IMG/VR virus record: IMGVR_UViG_2913147268_000005
DNA from: a virus
Lineage: Duplodnaviria; Heunggongvirae; Uroviricota; Caudoviricetes
Length of the DNA stretch: 64,000 nt
Reading direction: 5' to 3' (one strand)
In this document: one piece after another, positions 15,538-24,098 of the stretch
How the letters are laid out: the number at the start of each line of letters is the position of its first letter
Position numbering within the stretch: the stretch's first letter is position 1
Notes under the pieces: model-generated
Told to the model about the DNA's origin: nothing
Database searches by the model: none
The model's input: the letters and a program-made list of their open reading frames with translations, nothing else
Translations under genes and position numbers: made by a program

Positions 15538-17288
15538 CAGAACTCCATAACCATGAAACGCTCGTTTTCTCCTTCGCCGCCAATTGGTTCGTTAATGACA
15601 GCAAGCATGGTTGCCCACGCAAGGTCGCCGTGGCTGATCCCCCTCGCGCGGTCCGTTTCGTAAGTGATAAAGCCGCCCGGTGTTTTCACCTTACGCACGG
15701 CGTTAAAGGCCGCGACCAGCTCGCGTTCGGCGCGATCGTATTCCCACCGCCCGGCACGCATTATTTGCAGCATTTTCAGTACCAGCGACCGTTTTGATGA
15801 CAGCGTGAAGGTGTACGGAATAGCAGCAGGGAAAAACCGCTTCACTATCTGATAAACAGCCTCCCCGTTCCCGCCCGTCACATCAATGCCGATGTGTTCC
15901 ACGTTGTAGCGACACGTGAACTCTTCAATGACTCTGGCCTGTTCTTCAAACTCCAGCCCCTGAACGCGTCGCGTCTCCACCGTTCGAAAACGGCCGCCAG
16001 GAACAGCCGGAGGAACCACCACGGACACAGCGCCGCTGTCGCCGTTGCCACTACTGCCGTTTGCGTCATACCCAATCCATACCGGACGATTCCCCATCGG
16101 GCGGGGAGCAAAAGGTTTCCAGTCTTTCCAGTCGTCGTATCCGTCAACACCGCAGCCAATCAGGATATTCAGGTTAAATGCCGATTCCCCTTCGCGGACA
16201 AACTCACACATATAGAGATTGAGGAACTCGTCTTCGGTGTTTTCATCACGAATTTCGTCGATATCGGTGTGTTTCCAGCCGTGATTAACCACATCTTCCA
16301 GCGTGACAATTTGCCGCCACGTCCGGTCAGGGCAGATAAGCCCATTATGCAGCGTTTTCCAGTCCACAGAAAAACGCTGGCGTTTATGCGAGGCCTTTTT
16401 CTCGTTCCAGCGGTCGCCGTTCCAGTAGGCGTATGCCTCGTGCGTTTCGGTGGATGGCGTGGAGAAGTAGGTGCGCCGCAGTCCGCTGAGGGTTGCCATA
16501 GCGCCAGCCACCTTGCGCAGTTCAGCAAAGCGACTGACCCAGAAAAATTCATCAAAATAAAAATTGCCCGTATAGGACTGTGCCGACGCAGCAGAAGTGC
16601 CGAGAAAATGCAGCTCTGCGCCGTTGGAGAGGATGATTTTATCGCCCCCTTTCAGCTCCACATCAACTTCAGCCGCGGCCTTCTGAATAATGCTTTTAAA
16701 CTGGAACGCCTGACGACGCGACGCAGACAAAAAAATCTGGTTACGCTGGTAAGGTTGCGCCACATCGTCACGCAGCGCCATCAGCAGTGCTTCCTGTGCA
16801 AAATACCAGGTCGCCCCAATCTGTCGGGATTTCAGGATCATCCTGTTACGTATCCCGGCTTCCCTGCAAAGGGTCAGGGAGTCAAACCAGCCCCGCTGAT
16901 GCCACTCCAGCCTGCTGATGATTTTTTCCCGCAGTGCGGCAATCTGTTCCGGCGTGAAATGATTTTTGAGTTTTTTCGCCCGGCCTTTCTTTCCTGCGGC
17001 CATCACATCCGGCTGGCCATCATGCAGCTTTTTAAGCTGCCGGGTCAGCAGGTCTATTTCCTTAAAGTCACCGCCTGTTTTATTCTGTTTTTCAGTAAGC
17101 TGGATGAGGCGCGCATCGATGGACTGCGTGACACGCTGCACGGGTGGCGTTTCATCCCACTGGTCACGTTTTTTCCACGCATAAATCGTGTTCGGGTTTA
17201 TTCCCATCAGACGTGATATTTCTGCGGGCGGATAACCCTGCCAGTAAAGTTGCCGCGCACGCTGGCGCACAAAAGCGTCCTGAATCAT
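15537..17288 (-). CDS. P2 gpP-like terminase ATPase (large) subunit
   Basis: 583-aa ORF, N-terminus MIQDAFVRQRARQLYWQGYPPAEISRLMGINPNTIYAWKKR, size and position as P2 P. Confidence 0.8.
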   Translation of the reverse strand: MIQDAFVRQRARQLYWQGYPPAEISRLMGINPNTIYAWKKRDQWDETPPVQRVTQSIDARLIQLTEKQNKTGGDFKEIDLLTRQLKKLHDGQPDVMAAGKKGRAKKLKNHFTPEQIAALREKIISRLEWHQRGWFDSLTLCREAGIRNRMILKSRQIGATWYFAQEALLMALRDDVAQPYQRNQIFLSASRRQAFQFKSIIQKAAAEVDVELKGGDKIILSNGAELHFLGTSAASAQSYTGNFYFDEFFWVSRFAELRKVAGAMATLSGLRRTYFSTPSTETHEAYAYWNGDRWNEKKASHKRQRFSVDWKTLHNGLICPDRTWRQIVTLEDVVNHGWKHTDIDEIRDENTEDEFLNLYMCEFVREGESAFNLNILIGCGVDGYDDWKDWKPFAPRPMGNRPVWIGYDANGSSGNGDSGAVSVVVPPAVPGGRFRTVETRRVQGLEFEEQARVIEEFTCRYNVEHIGIDVTGGNGEAVYQIVKRFFPAAIPYTFTLSSKRSLVLKMLQIMRAGRWEYDRAERELVAAFNAVRKVKTPGGFITYETDRARGISHGDLAWATMLAVINEPIGGEGENERFMVMEF

Positions 17289-17442
17289 TGCTCCCCCTGA
17301 GTAATTACAGGAAGATTACCCGCGCGCGAAACTGTTCTCCTTAACCCTCTGTTCTGACTGTTTTCTTACAACAAAAGCCCTTTGTATCAGCCTGTTACGC
17401 TTTGCCATCATGACTGAAGAACCAGTCAGAGGGGCAAAAACT

Positions 17443-18279
17443 ATGGCTAATGAAAAAAAGACATCCCGCAAAAAGTTTCGCGTGGCTGTCTCCGGATCAA
17501 CTGTTGATGGCCGTGAAATCAGTCCGGTGCATCTGCGTGAAGCCGCCGAGAACTTCAACCCGGATGTTTACGCTGCCCGCGTGAACGTTGAGCACTATCT
17601 CTCGCCATGTCCGTCAAGCGAATTTTCCGCAATGGGCGATGTCACCGCACTGAGTACGGAAGACATTACGGAAGGTCCGCTGGCCGGACGTACTGCGCTG
17701 TATGCAGAAATCGAACCGACCGAGCGCATGAAGCAGCTTGTCGCTGACGGCAAGAAAATCTATTCCAGTATCGAACTGCACCCGCAGTTCTCCGTTAACG
17801 GGCGCGCCTATCTGGTCGGGCTGGCGATGACCGACACCCCGGCAAGCCTGGGCACTGAGCGCCTGAAATTCACGGCACAGCAACGTCAGGCGGTGATGAC
17901 GTTCAACAGTATCCAGGGTGAAGCACCGCTTATCTCCGAAGCCATCGAGTCTGAAATCATCGAAATGGCAGAACAACGCCAGGAAGAAGGCACCCAGTGG
18001 TTTAACCGCGTAATGGGGATTATTGGTCGTGGCCGCAAAGCGGATGACGCCAGTTTCTCCCGAATTCAGGAAGCGGTGGAAGGCGTTGCAACGTCACAGG
18101 CCGACATTATCGACCGTTTTAATGTGCTGGAAACCCGCCATCAGCAGGACCGCCAGAAAATCACGTCACTGACCACAGAGCTGACAGCATTGAAGGAAAA
18201 ACTGCGCACGCAGGACGGCGATCCGCAGAACCGCTTCACCGCAACGGGCGCAGCCTCCGACCAGCTGGCTGACTTCTGA
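17443..18279 (+). CDS. P2 gpO-like capsid scaffolding protein
   Basis: Start MANEKKTSRKKFRVAVSGSTVDGREIS parallels P2 O MAKKVSKFFRIGVEGDTCDGRVIS as recalled. Confidence 0.75.
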   Translation: MANEKKTSRKKFRVAVSGSTVDGREISPVHLREAAENFNPDVYAARVNVEHYLSPCPSSEFSAMGDVTALSTEDITEGPLAGRTALYAEIEPTERMKQLVADGKKIYSSIELHPQFSVNGRAYLVGLAMTDTPASLGTERLKFTAQQRQAVMTFNSIQGEAPLISEAIESEIIEMAEQRQEEGTQWFNRVMGIIGRGRKADDASFSRIQEAVEGVATSQADIIDRFNVLETRHQQDRQKITSLTTELTALKEKLRTQDGDPQNRFTATGAASDQLADF

Positions 18280-18302
18280 TAAGACAAAGGAGCAAATTTT
18301 TT

Positions 18303-19355
18303 ATGAATCTGGTGATGTCAGATATTACCCGCAACAAGCTGGGTTGCTATATGGCGCAGCAGGCGTCGCTTAACAATATCCCGGTATCTGCACTGGTATC
18401 GCGATTTACCGTGGAACCCGCGGTGCAGCAGCGTTTTGAAAACGCCTCAAAGGAAAGTACCGAATTTACGAAAAGAATTAACGTGATCGGCGTGACCGAC
18501 CAGAAAGGCGAAAAAATCCTCCTGGACACCACCGGGCCAATTGCGCGCACGAATAGCAGTTATGACGGCATCAAACGCCGTAACCCGAATAACGTGATCG
18601 ATATGAAGTCTCGTCAGTACCAGTGCGAACAGGTGAACTACGATACCTTTATTTCGTACCCACAGCTTGATACCTGGGCGGCCCACAGCGATTTTCAGTC
18701 CCGTATCAGTACACAGATCGCCCGGCAGGTAGCGCTTGATCGCATCATGATTGGCTTTAACGGCACATCCCACGCCTACGAGTCTGATTTTCACACCAAC
18801 AAGCTGCTTCAGGACGTTAACGTGGGCTGGCTGGAGCACATCAGAACCGATGCCAGCGAGCGCGTAATGAATGACGTGACGCTGACCTCCCGCAACATGG
18901 ACAACACTGTGGCGCACGCGGGTAAGTATGCGAATGCCGATGCTCTGGTACAGGATGCGCGCTCATCCCTGCTGGATGAATGGCACAAGGAAGCTGACGA
19001 CCTCGCGGTGATTATGGGGCGCAACCTGTTTAACTCGCTGCGTCTGCCCGTGCTGAACAGCATCAGCGGCCAGAATCCCAATGCGGAATTACTTGCCGGG
19101 CAGCTCATCCTGTCATCGCGCACCATTGGCGGGCTGGGCGTGTTCCTTGCGCCGTTCTTCCCGGATGCAACGATGCTTATCACCTCGTTCAACAACCTGT
19201 CGATTTACTGGCAGAAAGGTTCAATGCGTCGCCTGATGAAAGACGAGCCGGAATACAACCGCATCGCCACCTACCAGTCCATCAATGACGCTTATGTCGT
19301 TGAAGACTATGGCAAGTGCGCGATGGTCACTGGCCTGAAGTTCGCCGACAGCTAA
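18303..19355 (+). CDS. P2 gpN-like major capsid protein
   Basis: 350-aa ORF with AAGGAG SD; shared blocks KFTVEP, DVNVGWL, DALVQDA, FFPDATMLIT, NLSIYW, YVVEDYG with P2 N. Confidence 0.8.
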   Translation: MNLVMSDITRNKLGCYMAQQASLNNIPVSALVSRFTVEPAVQQRFENASKESTEFTKRINVIGVTDQKGEKILLDTTGPIARTNSSYDGIKRRNPNNVIDMKSRQYQCEQVNYDTFISYPQLDTWAAHSDFQSRISTQIARQVALDRIMIGFNGTSHAYESDFHTNKLLQDVNVGWLEHIRTDASERVMNDVTLTSRNMDNTVAHAGKYANADALVQDARSSLLDEWHKEADDLAVIMGRNLFNSLRLPVLNSISGQNPNAELLAGQLILSSRTIGGLGVFLAPFFPDATMLITSFNNLSIYWQKGSMRRLMKDEPEYNRIATYQSINDAYVVEDYGKCAMVTGLKFADS

Positions 19356-19400
19356 TCAACTCACGGCGGGCATCATGCCCGCCTGTAACGGAGAGAAAAA

Positions 19401-20201
19401 ATGATTACTCCTGCACAACAACACTGGCAGAACGTGATGGCACAGCGCGCAGGCCGGGCGAATGAAGGTGTGGACCACGCCGCGTGTACCGCGCATGAAG
19501 AGGTGCTGTATCGTCTGCGTCTGGCACAGGCCAGGCTAAAGGCCATACAGGCCAGAAGCGCGAAAGCCGCCATCAAAAAAGAGTTGTTGCCGGACTTTTC
19601 CGGCTGGATTGAGGGAACGCTGGAGGCTGACGGCGGGCAACAGGACGAAGTAATTGCCACGCTGATGGTGTGGGCGATTGACTGCGGCGATCTTCCGCTG
19701 GCGCTGCGTATTGGTGCATATGTGGTCCGTCACAACCTCATCATGCCGGATAACTTTGGCCGTACTGCTGCCACGGTACTGACCGAAGAAATCTGCAACC
19801 CGGTACTGACGCAGGCTGGGACGGATGCCGACGCGGATTTATCCGCCTTTATCGAACCACTGGACACACTTTGGGAAATTATCGCCAACCAGGACATGCC
19901 GGACGAAGTGCGCGCCAAATTATGCAAGGCGTGTGCCTTTGCCCGTCGTGGCCTGACCGATGCAGACAACATGGCCTCATCACTGAAGCTGCTGCGCGAA
20001 GCGATGCACCTGAACCCGAACGCAGGTGTGAAACGCGAGATTGCAACCCTTTCCCGCGCCCTGAAAAAAGCCGATTCCGCAGCCGAACCAGAAGACGCCA
20101 GCGCACAGCAGGCGCAGGACGAAAGCAGCAAAAGTAAAAAGACAACGCGGAAGCCTGCAACACGAAAAACCACCGCGACGCAGAAGGCAAAGCGCGGTTA
20201 A
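19401..20201 (+). CDS. P2 gpM-like terminase small/endonuclease subunit
   Basis: 266-aa ORF in the P2 M position. Confidence 0.65.
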   Translation: MITPAQQHWQNVMAQRAGRANEGVDHAACTAHEEVLYRLRLAQARLKAIQARSAKAAIKKELLPDFSGWIEGTLEADGGQQDEVIATLMVWAIDCGDLPLALRIGAYVVRHNLIMPDNFGRTAATVLTEEICNPVLTQAGTDADADLSAFIEPLDTLWEIIANQDMPDEVRAKLCKACAFARRGLTDADNMASSLKLLREAMHLNPNAGVKREIATLSRALKKADSAAEPEDASAQQAQDESSKSKKTTRKPATRKTTATQKAKRG

Positions 20202-20293
20202 CGACTGACCCCGTCAGCGGGCGGCGTGCGCGGTGTTCCGGTTTGACTCCGTGACCGTTTACACCGCGCACCCACCGCCCGATTTTTTCAGGA

Positions 20294-20797
20294 GTGAACC
20301 CCATGAGTATGGTTGCCAGAACTAACCCCGGCCCCGCAGAGGACGACATCACCGACACCGATGATGGCGATACCCGTATTTCAGCGGGTGCATTCTGGCC
20401 GGATATTGTGCTGCGCGAGCTGCGTCTGGCGGTACGACTGCCGGGCCGCGTGACCACCTCCCGCCTGCTGCATACCGCCACCGGGGCCATAGCACACGTT
20501 ACCCGCGAGCTGGAAGCATGGCAGCAGGAACAACAGGCGGCTGGCTATCAGACGCTGGCCGATGTTCCGGCCCCTGTAATTAACGGAGAAAGCGTCAATC
20601 TCTGGCACTGGCGCAATGCTGTTTATACCGCCACACGCGCCCTGATTCTGGAGCGTTACCGCGATGCGGACACAACGGACAAGGGCGACCGCCGGGCGGA
20701 CGCACTGGATATACAGACATCGGATTTGTGGCGCGATGTGAGCTGGGCCATCTCTGACATTCTGGGACGACCGCGAATGTTTGCGGAGCTGTGCTGA
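20294..20797 (+). CDS. P2 gpL-like head completion protein
   Basis: 167-aa ORF in the P2 L position. Confidence 0.6.
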   Translation: MNPMSMVARTNPGPAEDDITDTDDGDTRISAGAFWPDIVLRELRLAVRLPGRVTTSRLLHTATGAIAHVTRELEAWQQEQQAAGYQTLADVPAPVINGESVNLWHWRNAVYTATRALILERYRDADTTDKGDRRADALDIQTSDLWRDVSWAISDILGRPRMFAELC

Positions 20798-20997
20798 TGA
20801 AAGTGAAGGCACTGGAAGGCGACACCGTGGATTCGCTCTGTTTCCGGTACTACGGCACGACACAGGGCGTCACCGAAAAGGTGCTGGATGCCAACCCCGG
20901 ACTCTGTCAGCAGGTATTTCTGGACGCCGGGCAGGAAGTGGAGATGCCGGAGCCGGAGAAGAAGAAACGAGAAATGATTCAGTTGTGGGGGGAGTAG
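20791..20997 (+). CDS. P2 gpX-like tail protein
   Basis: 68-aa ORF MLMKVKALEGDTVDSLCFRYYGTTQG in the P2 X position. Confidence 0.6.
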   Translation: MLMKVKALEGDTVDSLCFRYYGTTQGVTEKVLDANPGLCQQVFLDAGQEVEMPEPEKKKREMIQLWGE

Positions 20998-20999
20998 CA

Positions 21000-21323
21000 G
21001 TGAGCACCATTCAAACAGGGATCACAGAGCAGGTTATTGCGTGGCTCTTTGACCACCTGCCAACGGTGTATGCAGTAGGCGCGGCGGTCAGCATTTCCGC
21101 GCTGATGAGTCTTTATGACGGACGAACACTGGTTCAGACCGTAACGGGATCGCTGGCGTGCGGCGTTCTTGCCATGGCCGTGGCCGGGTCGCTGCGCTTC
21201 TTCGGGATCCCTGAGGATGCAGTGACGTTTTTTGGTGCCTCAATCGGTTTTATGGGCGCAGAGAAAGCACGCGACAAGGTTATTGCAATATTTGATCGCA
21301 GGGTGAAGGAGAGGAACGAATGA
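21000..21323 (+). CDS. holin
   Basis: GTG-initiated ~107-aa ORF with hydrophobic segments, directly before the endolysin. Confidence 0.6.
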   Translation: MSTIQTGITEQVIAWLFDHLPTVYAVGAAVSISALMSLYDGRTLVQTVTGSLACGVLAMAVAGSLRFFGIPEDAVTFFGASIGFMGAEKARDKVIAIFDRRVKERNE

Positions 21324-21712
21324 GCAACACATTTAAATTCAGCAGCCGGAGCGAAAAGAATTTGCAGGGTGTAAATCCTGATCTGGTGAAAGTGACCCGA
21401 CGGGCGCTGGAAATCTCGGAAGTGGATTTTGGTATCACCGAAGGATTGCGCAGTCGTTATCGTCAGAAGCAGCTCGTGACCACAGGCAAGAGCCAGACCA
21501 TGAACAGTCGCCATCTCACAGGGCATGCCGTGGATGTTGTGGCTTATGTCGGCAACCAGGTGTCATGGGAATGGCCGCTGTACGAAAAAATCGCAGCAGC
21601 ATTCAGACAGGCCAGCCAGGAACTGAATATTCCGGTGGAATGGGGCGGCGACTGGAAGACCCTGAAAGACGGACCGCATTTTCAGTTACCACACGGAGCC
21701 TATCCGGCATGA
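21320..21712 (+). CDS. endolysin, M15-type L-alanyl-D-glutamate peptidase
   Basis: 130 aa; motifs SRHLTGHAVDV and WGGDW typical of zinc D-Ala-D-Ala carboxypeptidase-fold endolysins. Confidence 0.7.
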   Translation: MSNTFKFSSRSEKNLQGVNPDLVKVTRRALEISEVDFGITEGLRSRYRQKQLVTTGKSQTMNSRHLTGHAVDVVAYVGNQVSWEWPLYEKIAAAFRQASQELNIPVEWGGDWKTLKDGPHFQLPHGAYPA

Positions 21713-22104
21713 AGCTCTGGCCCACGCTTGGCGTCGCTTTCCTTCTGATTACATCCATGCGTCTGTCGTGGTCGCTGGGCCGGGAGAACGCCAGAAACGA
21801 AGCGCAGGCCAGCACCCTGAAAAGTACCGTCGACACACTGAATATCATCAGCGCCGGGGTACAGGATATGCAGCAGGTGCTGGCTCAGCTCCGCGCGGAA
21901 AATCAGCAACGCAATCAGGACGGAGAGGTAAGACGTGAACAGCTACGCAACGATATTGCAAAAGATGAATGCGCCCACGCTTTGCCTGACGCTCGTTTTA
22001 CTGACAGGTTGCGCAGGCACGCAGAACGCGCCAGGGCCAGCGCCGTCAGTCCGGCTTATACCGCAGACGCTGACCATGCCGGTAACGCCTCCCCCCTTCC
22101 CTGA
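21709..22104 (+). CDS. i-spanin (Rz/LysB-like)
   Basis: N-terminal TM MKLWPTLGVAFLLITSM then coiled-coil region; contains the embedded o-spanin. Confidence 0.65.
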   Translation: MKLWPTLGVAFLLITSMRLSWSLGRENARNEAQASTLKSTVDTLNIISAGVQDMQQVLAQLRAENQQRNQDGEVRREQLRNDIAKDECAHALPDARFTDRLRRHAERARASAVSPAYTADADHAGNASPLP

Positions 22105-22246
22105 CCCACCCACATGGGGAAACCTCGGAATATGGGGCGACCGCCTTCTGGATGCACTGGAAACCTGTAACGCGGATAAACGGGCCATTGCTGAACTGGA
22201 TAAGAGAATAGCCGAACTGACACACCAGACGGGAGTAACACAATGA
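21935..22246 (+). CDS. o-spanin lipoprotein (Rz1/LysC-like)
   Basis: Lipobox LTLVLLTGC and proline-rich body; embedded in the i-spanin gene in another frame. Confidence 0.65.
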   Translation: MNSYATILQKMNAPTLCLTLVLLTGCAGTQNAPGPAPSVRLIPQTLTMPVTPPPFPDPPTWGNLGIWGDRLLDALETCNADKRAIAELDKRIAELTHQTGVTQ

Positions 22247-23487
22247 CCAGTAAGAACTTTGCACTGATTACAGCCATGACACAGGCTGAACTGACTCAAA
22301 AGGTGAATGAACATCTTGCGAAAGGGTGGCATCTTCAGGGGGAGACGCGGGTTGCCTACGAACCCGGCACCCCGTGGTATCTAATGCAGGCAATGGTGGC
22401 CGATGGCACTACAGACATCTCACCTGATTCCCCCCAGCACGGCAGCGTGCCGGAGTGGTATTACGTGGTGGTACTTGCTGGTCAATCCAATGCCATGTCA
22501 TATGGTGAGGGAATGCCGCTGCCGGATTCTTACGATGCGCCCCACCCACGCATTAAGCAACTGGCCCGTCGCAACACAGTGACTCCCGGTGGTAAAGCAT
22601 GCGCATTTAACGACATCATTCCGGCAGACCACTGCCTGCATGATGTTCAGGATATGAGCGCACTGAATCACCCGAATGCAGACCTGAGCAAAGGGCAGTA
22701 TGGCTGTGTCGGACAGGGCTTGCATATTGCCAAACGCCTGTTGCCTTACATTCCACAGAATGCCGGGATTTTACTGGTTCCATGCTGTCGTGGTGGTTCG
22801 GCATTCACCCAGGGCGCGGAGGGGACATTCAGCGAGTCCACAGGAGCCAGTCAGGATTCGGCTCGCTGGGGTGTGGGTAAACCTTTATATCAGGACCTGA
22901 TTTTGCGCACGAAGGCCGCATTGCAGAAAAACCCAAAAAACATGCTGCTGGCCGTATGCTGGATGCAGGGCGAATTTGACATGAGCGCCGCTACGTACTC
23001 ACAGCAACCTCCGCTGTTTACGGCCATGCTGAAACAGTTTCGTGCGGACATTACCGAGTTTAACACGCAGTGTCATGGAGGCAGAGCGGCAAGTGTGCCA
23101 TGGATTTGTGGTGACACGACGTATTACTGGAAAAACACCTACGGCACGCAGTACGACACCATTTACGGGGCGTACAAAAACAGGGAGAGCGACAACGTTT
23201 TCTTTGTGCCGTTCCTGACCGATGGTAGTGGCAACAATACCTCCACCAACGCACCAACGGAAGATCCGGATGCTGCAAGTGAGGGATATTACGGTTCGGC
23301 ATCCCGAACGAACAAAAACTGGGTATCATCAAATCGCCAGACGCATTTCAGCTCATGGGCGCGTCGTGGCATTATTCCCGATCGTATGGCAACCGCTATT
23401 CTGAACGTAGCCGGTCGCACCTTAGCCTTCATCAGTGGTAAGGCACCGGAAATCAAACCCTCGCCCGGCGGCGACACGCCATCGGGG
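22243..23487 (+). CDS. nanS: nanS-p prophage sialate O-acetylesterase (DUF1737 + SASA domain), C-terminal domain missing
   Basis: GQSNAM SGNH motif; start overlaps the o-spanin stop (ATGA); homology ends at KAPEIKPSPGGDTPSGP; ORF then reads through to 23706 as junk. Confidence 0.8.
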
Positions 23488-23757
23488 CCCGGTGACCAGA
23501 CCGAACAGATTGGACACCGTCAGCGACGGTCTGGCACTGCTGCCCTTCCCGCTCATCTCAAAACCGCTGCCGTCAATCGGGTATGCCTGATATTGCCGCC
23601 CCTGCCAGGTGACCGGCTCCCCTTTTTCATTCAGCTCATTACAGAAAAAATACCGCTCACCGCCCTGTACCGTCAGGTCGATTTCCCAGAGTACCACCCG
23701 CGGTGACTGCTCTGACTTAACCGACTCGTTCAGACTTTCTTCGCGAATATCCTGCAT
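23488..23757 (-). pseudogene. lambda gpL minor tail protein, N-terminal ~90 codons only
   Basis: MQDIREESLNESVKSEQSPRVVLWEIDLTVQGGERYFFCNELNEKGEPVTWQGRQYQ matches the lambda L N-terminus; stops at the nanS junction. Confidence 0.8.
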
Positions 23758-24098
23758 CAGTTCACCACCTGCTCAATCGTACAACTGAAATCACTGTGCC
23801 TGGCGTTATCTGTGACGCTCCACTCCCGGCACACCACCCTCACCGTCAGGTTATGTTTCGGCGGTCGCCACAAAAAGGCACGGTAACCACCATGCCACGA
23901 TAAAAATTCATCCAGCCAGCGCCGGGTTGGTTCATCCGTCACCCGGAACACCGCCTGAAACGTCTTCAGTCTGGCATTAAGTCCCGTCGGTCGGCGCTGT
24001 TCATAACCGTCACCAAACCGAACCCTCACCACCGACGGTTTCTCACTCACCTGCATCCCTTCACGCGGGACCAGATGCAGCGTTTTTATCTCAGCCAC
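23757..24098 (-). CDS. lambda gpM-like minor tail protein
   Basis: 113-aa ORF between H and L. Confidence 0.7.
   Translation of the reverse strand: MAEIKTLHLVPREGMQVSEKPSVVRVRFGDGYEQRRPTGLNARLKTFQAVFRVTDEPTRRWLDEFLSWHGGYRAFLWRPPKHNLTVRVVCREWSVTDNARHSDFSCTIEQVVN

Noticed and set aside
15894-17216. 440-aa plus-strand ORF
   Set aside because: Antisense to the well-supported terminase large subunit gene; a GC-rich open frame with no homology.
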